A DNA stretch of 64,000 bases from positions 1 through 64,000 of the IMG/VR virus record IMGVR_UViG_3300036868_000046; one strand, 5' to 3'. Positions 19,478 through 30,066 of the stretch are shown piece by piece; position 1 is the first letter of the stretch; every line of letters begins with the position of its first letter. The position numbers and the translations under genes were made by a program. This DNA comes from a virus. Lineage: Duplodnaviria > Caudoviricetes. Below the pieces are notes generated by a model that did no database searches, was not told the DNA's origin, and was given only the letters and a program-made list of their open reading frames with translations.

Positions 19478-20188
19478 CTACGGCTTCTCCTGGACCTGGA
19501 GACGGATTCCGGGCGTGCGGGCGACGCCGGCCAGATCCTCCCAGCCGTACGCGTGGCGACCGTAGTGGAGTAGGCGAATGGTGGTGTCGGCCATGATGGC
19601 GACCTGGCATGTCCGGGCTCGCTTCGAGAACGCGAAATCCTCGCCCAGGTAGGCCACTGGGCGGCTGCCCGGGTCAATCATGGCGATGGTGGTCGTGTCA
19701 ATCATGGGCAGGAAGTACGGCCGCATGACTCGCCCGTGGTACCCGACGCAGTCTGGGATTGGGGACTCGTCATCGAGCCGATGGAAGACCTCGGCCCGGA
19801 CGAGCGTGAACCCCATGGCGGCGTACTGGATCTCGATCAGGCCGCCGCCCTCGCCGAGGGTGAGCTCGGTGGTGTCGGGCAGGAGGCGACAGGCGAGCTC
19901 CGGTACCCCCTTCTTCGTGTAGATGCCGCACACGAAGGGGAGGTTGTGGCCGAGCAACCGATCGACGTCGTCCGGCTCGAACCCGATGTCCGCGTCGATC
20001 CACATGAGCTCGGAGAACCCGTCGGCCAGCGCCTCGGTCGCCATGAGGCACCGTATCTGATCGATGCAGGCGGATCCGCGCAGGACGCGGACCTTGTAGC
20101 CACGTCGCGACAGCTCGGCGAGGCTCCGCTCGCACTCGGGCTCGAGGGCGCCGAGCGAGGGGACCAGGATGCAGGTGGCGGCGGTCAT
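19478..20188 (-). CDS. Glycosyltransferase family 2-like protein
   Basis: GSACIDQIR, LMWIDADIGF (DxD) and LGEDFAFSKRAR..G..I..D..I.L.H.G motifs. Confidence 0.8.
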   Translation of the reverse strand: MTAATCILVPSLGALEPECERSLAELSRRGYKVRVLRGSACIDQIRCLMATEALADGFSELMWIDADIGFEPDDVDRLLGHNLPFVCGIYTKKGVPELACRLLPDTTELTLGEGGGLIEIQYAAMGFTLVRAEVFHRLDDESPIPDCVGYHGRVMRPYFLPMIDTTTIAMIDPGSRPVAYLGEDFAFSKRARTCQVAIMADTTIRLLHYGRHAYGWEDLAGVARTPGIRLQVQEKP

Positions 20189-20753
20189 TCCGGCCCCGGG
20201 ATCGGCATGATGGCGTACCACTCCGAGGTCCACAGGGTCGCCTCGACCATGCATGACCTCAGTGCCTCCAGATGTCGGGCGACGGCGGCGACAGCGGCAT
20301 CGTACGTCTCGGTCACCTCGACCGGACGCTGGAGCTGTCTGGTAGCATCGCACTTCATGACGACGAACTTGATGCTCACTTGGCCTGCCTCAGCTTCTCG
20401 TCGATCACCGCGCGATCGATGAGCCGGTCGATGGCGCCGGCGTCGTCATCTTCCTCGAGTCCATCGAGCTCGTCGTCCGCATGGACGTCGGCCGGGCGGG
20501 TCTCGTTGGCCAGGGCGACCCGGCCGATGTTCTCGATGGGTGGCGCTTTTTTGGGGGCGACGACGCTCATCGGCTCGACGCGCGCGGTCTTGGACAGCCG
20601 GTTGCCGACCACGTACTCCTTGAGCTTGTGGGCGGCGTCCCAGGACAGGCCCTCCCCCCAGAGCTTCACCCAGTCCTTGTCGCGGACGCGGTAGAGCATC
20701 CCCTCCTGCGGCACGAGCTTGACGATCTTCTGCGGCTTGTGGTGCGGTCTCAT
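20185..20753 (-). CDS. Two small hypothetical ORFs (20185-20379, 20376-20753)
   Basis: Coupled open frames. Confidence 0.5.
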
Positions 20754-20811
20754 CGCCGTGAGCCTATCACCACGTGACACGGACCTGAACGGTTCAACGT
20801 GGGGCATCGAG

Positions 20812-20926
20812 GTCTCAGTCGTCGACTGAGCGCGTCCGGCCAAGAGTCTCAGGCTTGAGCCTGAGCGTTCTCGGGCTGGCGCCTGAAGCGGCCACATTCC
20901 TTCGTCTCAGTCTCAGGTGACTGAGC
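20812..20926 (-). repeat. Mini-array B: 3 minimal repeat hairpins
   Basis: Units at 20812, 20846 and 20904, all GTCTCAG-stem-loop-CTGAGC; spacers of 14 and 37 nt. Confidence 0.75.
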
Positions 20927-21872
20927 TATCCGATGCGGCGGCGCCCTTCTTGAAGATGGTCTTCCAGATTGCGGCGCTCACCGGGATGAGCAGCGTCGCG
21001 GCGATCTGCAGCCACTTCTGCAGTTCGGCATGCTGGAGCGTGAGGACGCCGGCTCTGAGCTGGTTGATCACGTCCGCTTCCCACTGCGTGTAGGGGAGCG
21101 TCGGATCGGAGAGCGTGTTCTGCCCAGGGTCGTCGGCGGCGCCGAGCGAGCCGAGGGGGCCCAGCGTACGACGCGGGATCGCCAGTCCGAAGCTCGTCGA
21201 CACCCCCGAGAGCGCCCTTGGCCGTCTGTGTGCCTTGCGGTAGTACATGGGAGCCCTTCAGTTGGGGACGTTCGGCGACAGCGAGCCGTAGTCGTCATCG
21301 CCGATGATGTCCGACAGGTCGGAGAGGTCGTCGGTCGCGGATGTGGGAGGCGCTGCGGTGGGGGGACGGGGAGAGGGGGTGCTCATGCGCCCCGCGTCGT
21401 AGGCATCGTTGTAGGTGTACTCGTTGGGGTCGTCGGCCACCGGCCGCAGCGCCCGCATCTGGAGATGCGGAAGCCCGAGGTCGGCGTTCGGGTCCGCGGC
21501 CGGCAGCTGGGCGTTCGGGTCCGCGAGCATCCAGCCGAGGGACGGCACGTAGAGCTGGATGAGGTTCTGGATGGCGGCGATCGCGGCGCCGACCACGATC
21601 GGGGTGTGGTACTTCTCGAGCCACTTCCACTTGTGGGCGAGCAGCCACGCGGATAGGAACGCTCCGACGGCCGCAGCCGCGCCCGCGTGCTTGCCGATCG
21701 ACGGTGCCCGTTTCGCCACCTGCTCGGTCGCGACCTTGGTGATGAACCGGGTCAGCGCGAACCCGGCGAAGCCGGGCCCGATGAACTCGGCCAGGTCGGT
21801 CATGAGCGGGGGGTTATGTCGTGGCGCAGCCGCGGCCCTGCCGTATCTGCGCTTGAGCCTGGTTCGAGCCAT
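20913..21872 (-). CDS. Two putative virion membrane proteins (20913-21248, 21258-21872)
   Basis: Basic N-termini (MYYRKAHRRPRALSG; MARTRLKRRYGR...HNPP) and hydrophobic helices. Confidence 0.6.
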
Positions 21873-21918
21873 CCCCCCTATCGTACCCCCAGGACGCCAG
21901 GAGGCACAAGGTCGTCGG

Positions 21919-22272
21919 GTCTCAGCGGAGGGCCGCTGAGCAGCCCCAGGGCAGTTCCGCTTGCGGTCTCAGGCTCCATCACGAGCTCTTGCTAGTCTCA
22001 GGCACACCTGAGCGGGTCCCTACGACGCTATGGTCTCAATCGAGGTTGAGCGTATCCGAATATCACCCGTCTCAGCACCCGTTCGTGGCCTGAGCTCGTG
22101 CATGTCTCAGGGTGCTCGGCTACGGTGTGTCTCAACCAAGCGTTGAGCAGCCACGATACCTGATGTCTCATGGTAATCACCTGAGCAGTCCCAGCCACGG
22201 ATGACGACTATTACCTATTCGATTGTCACGACCGCTCCTCTCATGTCTCTGACTATGGGCAGAGCGCATCCC
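21919..22272 (-). repeat. Mini-array C: about 9 minimal repeat hairpins
   Basis: GTCTC starts at 21919, 21966, 21995, 22033, 22069, 22104, 22129, 22165 and 22245. Most close with TGAGC; the last has a compensatory CTCTG/CAGAG stem followed by GCATCCCT. Confidence 0.75.
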
Positions 22273-22322
22273 TACGGGCCCAGAGATACCAGCGCGCGCG
22301 CCACCTGACAAGCACGATCCGG

Positions 22323-24812
22323 TCAGCCGCCCAGGAGAATGACCTTACCCGGATTGCCGGCGGATCCAGCCACGGATATGCCGCCGCCCGCAGCACCACC
22401 TGCACCTCCGGTCACATCCGTGGTCGGGAACGTCGTGCCGGTGGTCATCGAGATGACCACGTAGCCGCCACCACCACCGCCGCCACCACCGGAGTTGATC
22501 GTCGCGTTGCCCGCGCCGCCGGCGCCGCCTTTGGCGGACACCGTGATGTTCGTCGGGTTCGTGATCTGGCCGGTGATGAGGACGACGTAGCCACCGCCCG
22601 ACCCGCCGCCACCGCCCGACCCACCGACCGCACCGCCGCCGGAGGCGCCGCCGGTGCCGCCGCAGACCGCGGTGGAGGTTGAAAGGCGCAACCGGGCGGC
22701 GGTGGCGCGCACGAAGTTGTTGAGCGAGCCGTTGGTGTCGGGGGAGAGGGTGGGCGCCGTCGATCCGACGCCGCCGGTGAACCCCGTGCCTGCGCCGCCA
22801 GAGCCACCGAGCCCCGCCTGAAACGACGTGGGCCACTCGCCGGAGACCGGCGCCTGCCCGGTCTGCCCGTTGGATGCAGCAGGCGCGGAGACGCCGGCGC
22901 CCGACGCGGTGACCAGCGTGCCGTTGCCGGTGAACGCCGCACCACCCGCCGCGCTACCGCCGGCGCCGTTGCCGGCCGTGCCGGGCAGCCCGATCATCTG
23001 GATGGTGAGCGTGCCGGAGCTCGGGCCGGCGAGCGTCTTGGCGTAGATCACGAAGCCGCCGGTGTTGATCACCGCCGAGGTCGTCGCGGAGGCGACCGAC
23101 CAGTACATGTCGCGGGTCAGGGTGACGGTTCCCGAGAACGTGGTGGCGCCGTCGCTGCCGTCGCCGGCCAGGAGAACCGTGGATGGGGCCGAGGTCACGT
23201 TGGCGCTCGCGGTGACGGTGGAGCCGTTGAGCCCGAACGAGACGCCGTTCGAGTTCGAGAACACCACCGTGCCCGCTCCCACGGATGCCGTGCCGGCGCT
23301 GATCGCGACCCCGCCGCCCGGGACCGTGTAGCTGCCGGTGACCGTCGAGCCGTTGAGCCCGAACGAGAGACCGTTGGAGTTCGAGAACACCACCGTGCCC
23401 GCGCCCACCGACGCGGTCCCCGCGCTGATGGCCGCCGGCGCCGTCGACTGCGTGTAGCTCGCGGTGACGGTGGAGCCGTTGAGGCCGAACGAGACGCCGT
23501 TCGAGTTCGAGAACACCACCGTGCCTGCACCGACGGATGCGGCGCCGGCGCTGATCGCCGCCGGTGCGGTGGGCACGGTGTAGCTGCCGGTGACCGTCGA
23601 GCCGTTGAGGCCGAAGGCGAGGCCGTTGGAGTTCGAGAACACGACGGTCCCGGCGCCGACGGATGCGGCGCCGGCGCTGATGGCGGCTGGGGCGGTCGAC
23701 TGCGTGTAGCTCGCCGTGATGCGCGTCGAGCCGCTCAGGCCGAACGACACGCCGTTGGAGTTCGAGAACACGATGGTCCCGCTCGTCGCCGTCTGCGTGC
23801 CGGCGGCGATCGCCCCGGGCGCGGTCGACTGCGAGTAGCTCGCCGTGACCGTGGAGCTCGACAGGCCGAACGTGACACCGTTCGAGTTCGAGAACACCAC
23901 GACCCCGCTCGTCGCCGTCTGCGTGCCTGCGGCGAGGCCGACGCCCGACGCCGTACCACCGGCGGTCTGCACCGAGGCGGTCACCGTGCCGTTGGAGAGG
24001 CCGAACGAGACGCCGTTCGAGTTCGAGAACACGACGGTCCCCGCGCTCCGGCTCTGCGTGCCGGCGCTCACCACGAGCGGTGAGTAGCTCGCCGTCACCG
24101 TCGAGTTGCTCATCCCGAACGAGATGCCGTTCGAGTTCGAGAAGTCGACGACGCCGCTCGTCGCCGACTGGGTTCCCGCGCTGACCGCCACGCCCGCGCT
24201 CGTGATGTCCTCGCTGAGCGCCGCGAAGCCGATGTTGACGACGGGGCTTCCGGGGTTGATGGGAGGGACGCCGCTGCGCCGGACCCGCATCCAGGCGGCG
24301 GCGATCACGCCGGACTGGCCGCCCGGCCCCTGCGAGAACACGAACGGCTGCGCCCAGTCGGTCGTGCCGTCGACCGACACCTCGACGATGAGCGTCCCGC
24401 CGAACGCGCCGCCGACCTGCACCGTCTTGAACAGGCCCAGCACCGCCGTGACGTCCACCGCGGCGCCCGCCCCCGTGCCGGCCGGCACCGGCAACGAGAC
24501 GAACGACACGCCCGAGGCCGTGCCGCCGATGTTCACCTGCGACGTGCCACCGAAGGTCGCGTTGAACCCGGACGACCGCACGCGCATCCAGCGCGCCGCG
24601 ACCTGGACCGTCGTGGATCCGGAGTTCTGGATGCTCGCGACCGACTGCCACGAGCCGCCCTGCGCGGCGTCGTTGTTGTATTCGATGTTGATGGTCCGCT
24701 GTGCGGTGCCGACCACCACGATGGTCTTGGTCGCACCGAACGCAGAGACGTCCACGGATGCGCCGACGCCGTTGGCCACCGGGACGGGGAGCGAAACGAA
24801 CAGGTTGCTCAC
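22323..24812 (-). CDS. Long Gly/Ser-rich fibre or spike protein with eight ~38-aa FSNSNG repeats
   Basis: GTG start after GGAGG; 8 copies of (S/A)AG....(A/S)G.VVFSNSNG.SFGL...TVT.SY; Gly-rich C-terminal domain. Confidence 0.8.
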   Translation of the reverse strand: MSNLFVSLPVPVANGVGASVDVSAFGATKTIVVVGTAQRTINIEYNNDAAQGGSWQSVASIQNSGSTTVQVAARWMRVRSSGFNATFGGTSQVNIGGTASGVSFVSLPVPAGTGAGAAVDVTAVLGLFKTVQVGGAFGGTLIVEVSVDGTTDWAQPFVFSQGPGGQSGVIAAAWMRVRRSGVPPINPGSPVVNIGFAALSEDITSAGVAVSAGTQSATSGVVDFSNSNGISFGMSNSTVTASYSPLVVSAGTQSRSAGTVVFSNSNGVSFGLSNGTVTASVQTAGGTASGVGLAAGTQTATSGVVVFSNSNGVTFGLSSSTVTASYSQSTAPGAIAAGTQTATSGTIVFSNSNGVSFGLSGSTRITASYTQSTAPAAISAGAASVGAGTVVFSNSNGLAFGLNGSTVTGSYTVPTAPAAISAGAASVGAGTVVFSNSNGVSFGLNGSTVTASYTQSTAPAAISAGTASVGAGTVVFSNSNGLSFGLNGSTVTGSYTVPGGGVAISAGTASVGAGTVVFSNSNGVSFGLNGSTVTASANVTSAPSTVLLAGDGSDGATTFSGTVTLTRDMYWSVASATTSAVINTGGFVIYAKTLAGPSSGTLTIQMIGLPGTAGNGAGGSAAGGAAFTGNGTLVTASGAGVSAPAASNGQTGQAPVSGEWPTSFQAGLGGSGGAGTGFTGGVGSTAPTLSPDTNGSLNNFVRATAARLRLSTSTAVCGGTGGASGGGAVGGSGGGGGSGGGYVVLITGQITNPTNITVSAKGGAGGAGNATINSGGGGGGGGGYVVISMTTGTTFPTTDVTGGAGGAAGGGISVAGSAGNPGKVILLGG

Positions 24813-24844
24813 GGATATACCTCCACTTGGGCTTTCGGGGCCGT

Positions 24845-26341
24845 CTACCGCCACACGGGGCGGCCGAGCTGCTCGCCCGGCTCGTCGATGAAGTGGAGGC
24901 TTCCGAACGCGTCCTGGATCTCGGAGAGCTCGACCTCGTCCGGGTCCATGTCATCCACGAGGTCGGCGCGCGACAGGTTGAGGAGCTGCTCGCGGTTCGC
25001 GACGAGGAGCTGCTTCTTGAAGTCTTCCAGCGACAGGCCCTGGTAGCCCGGCATGCCTCGGAGCGCGCGCCAGACCGCAGCGATGAACACCTTGTCGCTG
25101 CCGTAGCGACCCATCGCCCGGCCGCTCGGACCCTTCCGCTCTCGCACCGAGGGCAAGACCGACAGCACTGCCTGCGCCAGATCCCCGATCGAATGGGGGG
25201 ACGCCGTGGCGACGATCGTGCGCGGCACTGGCGGTGGCGATGGCGGCGCAACCGGCGTGTCCACGACGAAGTGATACGTCGCGATGTCGTCGTAGGTCTC
25301 CGACTCGGCGACCTCGTTCGGGTTCATCGCCGCCACGAGATCCGCGCGCGCCAGCACGAGCTGCCGAGCGCGGTGCGCCTTGGTGAGCTCGTGTTTGAAC
25401 TCCGGGAAAGCCATCCCGCCCATCCGCGGATCGTTCGCCAGGACGCGCCAGATCGCGCTGATGAACACCTTGCGATCGCCGAACCGGCCGCGCCAGCGTC
25501 CATCTGGATCGGTCTCGGCGCGGATGGTCGGCATCACGGAGCGAACGATCGCGGCCAGCGCGGCTGGATCGGGTCGCGCGCGCCGGACCGGAGCTGGAGC
25601 TGGAGCCGGCGAGGGCGACAGGACCGCTTCGCGAAACGCCTGGATGCCGGCCGGCTTGGCCAGAAACCTGGCGTTCTCATCCTTCGCGTCCTCGTTGCCG
25701 GTGAAGAACAGGAACCTGTCGACGTACTGCGGGTAGTTGTCGCGCACGTAGTGGAAGAAGTCGATGCCGCTCTTGTCGCCGATCACGTCGACGTCCGAGA
25801 CGATCAGCACCGGCTCGAGGAACCGCAGGTTGCCGATCATGCCGTCGACGTTGTCCGAGACGACGACATGCGCCCCCGGGATGATCTTCTTGATCATCCG
25901 GGTCGTCGACTTCTGCAGCGCCGGCTCGTCCTCGAGCAAGAGGACCGTGGCCTCCCCCGCGTTGCGCTTGACGGGGTTTGGATGGATGCCACCCCGCGGC
26001 TCCGCGCCACCCTCCCATCCGACCTCGATGTCGTCGCCCCGGCGTTCGACCTCGACGGTGAACGTCGGGACCGAGATGTCGGCCCGCGCCGCGGCGTCGA
26101 CGTAGGAGTCCGGCGCTTCGCCGATCGCGAGCTGGACCAGGCACTCCCCAATGTCCACGCCGCCACCGGCGCGCCGCAGCCGGTGCGCGACGTCGAGCAC
26201 GCCCTCGTGGTTGGCGAGCTCGTAGAGGTCGGCCAGCTCTCCAGCCGCCTCCACGATGGCCTTGGGCGCCCGACCGACGCCTCCGATCTGGTCACGCCAG
26301 ATCGCGGCGGCCATCTCCAGGATGAGTGCCTGTCGCGTCAT
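24845..26341 (-). CDS. Receiver (REC) domain protein with two C-terminal GRFG.xKVFI..RADLV repeats
   Basis: VLLLEDE...LIVSDVD...FFTG...FLAKP supplies all receiver catalytic positions; the C-terminal domain is duplicated. Confidence 0.8.
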   Translation of the reverse strand: MTRQALILEMAAAIWRDQIGGVGRAPKAIVEAAGELADLYELANHEGVLDVAHRLRRAGGGVDIGECLVQLAIGEAPDSYVDAAARADISVPTFTVEVERRGDDIEVGWEGGAEPRGGIHPNPVKRNAGEATVLLLEDEPALQKSTTRMIKKIIPGAHVVVSDNVDGMIGNLRFLEPVLIVSDVDVIGDKSGIDFFHYVRDNYPQYVDRFLFFTGNEDAKDENARFLAKPAGIQAFREAVLSPSPAPAPAPVRRARPDPAALAAIVRSVMPTIRAETDPDGRWRGRFGDRKVFISAIWRVLANDPRMGGMAFPEFKHELTKAHRARQLVLARADLVAAMNPNEVAESETYDDIATYHFVVDTPVAPPSPPPVPRTIVATASPHSIGDLAQAVLSVLPSVRERKGPSGRAMGRYGSDKVFIAAVWRALRGMPGYQGLSLEDFKKQLLVANREQLLNLSRADLVDDMDPDEVELSEIQDAFGSLHFIDEPGEQLGRPVWR

Positions 26342-26344
26342 GCC

Positions 26345-26845
26345 TCAGGCATCCCGGGCGCGGTTGTCCTCGATGACGAGCCGCTTCTTGCAGAGCGTGG
26401 CGCCGGTGTGCACCTGGCCCTGCACGTGCGCGGCGCGCCCCGCCTCCCAGGTGCACTGGAACGGCTCGATCGAGATCCGCCCGATGGAGGCGATCTCGAC
26501 CAGCTCGCGCGCGCCCGCGACCGCAATGCGCTGGCGCATCGGGTTGAGCGCATGCGGCGCGAAGTCGATCGCCTTGCGGTCTCCCCGGACGGTCAGAAGC
26601 TTCTGGCAGCCGGGGCAGACCAGGTGGACCTTGAGCGGTTCACCCGGGATCGCGTAGACGTCGAGCGTCAGGAACGTGTCCTTGTAGACGACCACGACCT
26701 CCTGCTTGCTCGAGGGCCCGGCCGCGCCCAGAAGCCCAGGGTGACCTTCCGGGCCCGGGGCATCGCCGGCCAGCTGCACGCACTGCCGGCTCGTCCCGAG
26801 CAGCGACTGCACCTGGGGGTCCTGTAGGTCGATGGTGACTGTCAC
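26345..26845 (-). CDS. Hypothetical zinc-binding protein
   Basis: CPGC and CTW...C motifs; GTG start overlaps the upstream stop. Confidence 0.6.
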   Translation of the reverse strand: MTVTIDLQDPQVQSLLGTSRQCVQLAGDAPGPEGHPGLLGAAGPSSKQEVVVVYKDTFLTLDVYAIPGEPLKVHLVCPGCQKLLTVRGDRKAIDFAPHALNPMRQRIAVAGARELVEIASIGRISIEPFQCTWEAGRAAHVQGQVHTGATLCKKRLVIEDNRARDA

Positions 26846-29800
26846 GACGCCGGCTTTCTGCGCAGGAGGATGAACGCGATGGCGGCCACCGCGGCGCCAC
26901 CGATGACCAGGGTGCTCGTGCTGATGCCCTGGGCATTCAGCGCCGTCTGGAGGTCCCGGTTGGCCTGGTCGGCGGCGCCCGCCTGGCGCTGGCCCGAGCC
27001 GTAGAACCGCAGGACGGATCCGACGCCCCCCAGAATGTCGTCCCAGGTGCTGCCGAAGCCGGAGTAGCCGGCCCGGCTGATGAGGGTGTCCTTGACGTAC
27101 GGCATGGAGATCACCTCCGCGTGAGGAGCACGACGAGCAGCACGGCGCCGCCGGCGAGCGCGATCTTGGTGGTCGTCGACATGCCCGGCGCGGCGACCGG
27201 CGGCGCCGTGGGCGCCGGCGGCGACAGGATGGCGCCGATCGCCGAGCCGAGCCGATCCCAGGTCGATGGGCAGCGACCTGCGCCGTTCGGGTCACCGTAC
27301 GTCGATCCGTCCGCGTTGAACGTCACGTAGCCGCCGTCGGTGGTCGCGCAGTAGTTGCCGGGCTGCCGGTACGAGTCACAGGCCGGGATCGAGGCGCACG
27401 GCGTCTCGTCGGTGAACGTGGTGCCGAGGCCCAGGAGCGCGGGGCGCCTGTACTTGTTGTAATACGCCATCTTATCGACCCTTCTTCGTGAGCAGATAAT
27501 ACGCCAGTCCGCCGCCGGCCACGAGCAGAAGCAGCGATCCGGCGCCGCCGGACTCGGTCGGCGGGGTGGTCGAGGTCGACGTCGAGCTCGAGTCCGGGAA
27601 GAACAGATCCCGGAGCTCGTTGAACCAGGGTTGGTCGTCCGGCGGCGCGCAGACCTGCCCCGGGCGCCGCCAGGGCGAATCGGCCGGCAGCTCCGAGCAG
27701 TCGACGCGGTTCGGCCCCGTCGACCCGACGATCGTGCTTCCGCCGTCGTCGAACGTGCCATCGTCCTGACCTGGGTGGGTGACCGGGCCATCGCCCATCG
27801 GGCGGATGTAGCTCATGACGTCCTCCGCAAGAGCAAGTAGCCCACGACGGCCGCCCCGCCGAGGAGGAGCACGGTCTGCAGGGGGAACCCGCTGTCCCCC
27901 GATCCGTCGGGCAGATCCACCGGGGGCGGTGGTGGCCCGGAGGCCACGGTCGGCGGGCGCTGGACCGGCGCCGATCCGCCACCGCCCCCTCCACCGCCAC
28001 CCGAGGACGTGGCCGGCGGCGTGCTGGCCGGCGGTGGTGGCGTGGTCGCCGGTGGCGTGGTCGCCGGCGGAGCTTGCGCCGCGATGGACTGGGCGAGCTG
28101 GCCGCTCAAGTTCCGCGCCGCGCCCCAGATGCCGCCGCTCAGGCGGCGATCGGGGCCCGGCCGAACCGGCACAGGCGTCGGGGCCGGCGTGGACCCGGGG
28201 CGCGTCGGAACCCGCGCGGGCGTGGACCCGGGGCGCATCGGTACGGACGCGCCGCCCGGTAGCCGAACCTGCGACCAGAGTCCCAGCGCTCTGTGCTTGA
28301 CGTACGACATCAGCGCCGCCCGCGGTGGCCTCCACCGCCGTGGTGGTGCCGCCCCCCGCCTCCGCCCCCGCGCCAGTTCGGGCGGAAGCCAGAGCCCCAG
28401 CCGGGTTGCCAGAACTCGACCGGGCCGTAATCGACCACGTCCGGCTCGTCGAGCTCCGGCGCCGCTGCCTGGGCGGTCAGCGGCTGCATGACCGGACCAC
28501 CGCTCTGGTTCACCGTCGAGGCGCCGCTCGATTGCCCGGTCGACGCATCGTCCTTCTTCCGGATGAAGAAGTACCAGACGGCGATGCCGCCGCCGATCCA
28601 CAGAAGGGTCGAGTTCTTCATTTGGCCGCCTGTCCTTTCGCGATCTCGTAGCCGATCCACATCGGCAGCCCGATAGCGACCGCGATGATCGTGGGTAGCA
28701 CCCAGACGTGCTCTTGAGAGTACACGTAGGCGCGGAGCGCCGGCACCGCGCGGCGAAGGCCGATGCCGCCCGTCTGGCTCGGATCGTCGGGCGTCTCGTT
28801 GCAAGCCGCCGGGGTCTCGCCGCGGTCGATCGACTTGAGCTGGCCGACGCGGCACACGACCTCGTTGAGGTACGGATCGGCCAGGATGTCGGAGGCGGCG
28901 CCGATGACGCCGCCGATGTCACCCATGCCTGCCCGGATCGGGCGACGGCGGCGAGTCCTGCCATACGACATCAGGCGCGTCCCTTCTTCGTCCAGCTGTG
29001 GACGAGTTCCTTACCGCCGGCCTCGCGCCAGAAGAACCAGGCCAAGAACGTCAGGCCGCCGACCTTGAGCCAGAACCCATAGTCCGTGCAGGCCCCCGCT
29101 TCGATGCACGCCTTTTCCTCGCGGTCCTTGGCCACGTCGGCAGCCGTGCCGATCGCCGTGGTGATGACGAGCAAGAGGCCGCCGACGATGAGCACTGGCC
29201 AGGACAGCCAGGGCGTGCCGCCTGCGAACATCCCGCCCGTCGCTGTCGGGCCCGACACCGCCGCGGTCGACCCGTAGATCGCCAGCTGCGCGAGCTGCAC
29301 CGCGCCCTGGGGGTTGAGCGACAGGTCCGCTTCCGGCAGCGTCTGGCCCTGCATCACGACCGAGAGCAGCGCTGAGAGCTTGTTCGCCAGGTCCTGCTCG
29401 ATCGCTGGACTCCGCGCGCCCACGACCACCTGCTGCGCGTACGCCGTGGGCTTGCGCGTCTGCAGCGTGCCGGCCAGCACCTGGTCGTTGATGCTCCGGT
29501 ACTTGAGCCAGGACGTGAGCGATCGCCGCATCTTGTCGAGCTCGACCTGGGCCTTCTGGACCTCGGCCGTCGTGATGGTCGTCGTCATTGGCTCACCGGC
29601 CCTTTCTTGAAGGGTTCAAGACCAGCCAGGCCGCGACGAGGCCCACGCCGATGACCCAGATCGGGACACCGCCCGCATCCCCGCCCGCTGGTGGGAGACC
29701 CAGCGAGTCGGCGAACGCACCGATGGTCTGGGTCACATCGGCGAGGCGCATCGTCACGAAGTCGACCGGCGAAGCGAACCCGGCGTTGGCTGCCACGATC

Positions 29801-30066
29801 GCCGCCGCGGATCCTGCGTCGTGGAACTGGTTGTAGGAGTCGGTCGCCCGGCGCAGGTAGATCGTGATCGCGACCGTCGCCAGGTCGAGCGGCACGGTGC
29901 CGCTCGCCAGGAACGGCGTCGTGACGTACTGGTATCCGCTCGGCGCGGACGTGCCGAAGCGGTTCACCTGGCTCGACAGGATCGCGACCGGATCCGTCGG
30001 CGCAGGCGCAGCGTCGCCCAGGCCACAACAGCCCAGCGACCCGTGCGCTGTGCTCAGGTACCCCAT
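26842..30066 (-). CDS. Cluster of small virion membrane proteins (26842-27108, 27111-27470, 27472-27816, 27813-28310, 28310-28621, 28618-28971, 28971-29588, 29593-30066)
   Basis: Tightly coupled ORFs. Most begin M-x-Y...[LMF]G and end in a TM helix plus a basic tail (e.g. LLRRK, LTKKGR). Confidence 0.75.

Noticed and set aside
15757-22272. GTCTC clusters as type IIS restriction sites (GGTCTC/CGTCTC) or a cloning artefact
   Set aside because: Each GTCTC is tied to a downstream complementary arm with covarying stems, which restriction sites would not need.
15757-22272. Mini-array hairpins as intrinsic terminators or TIGR arrays
   Set aside because: There are no U-tracts on either strand, and no alternating edge/loop repeats with box C/D-like motifs or a Nop-domain gene were seen.
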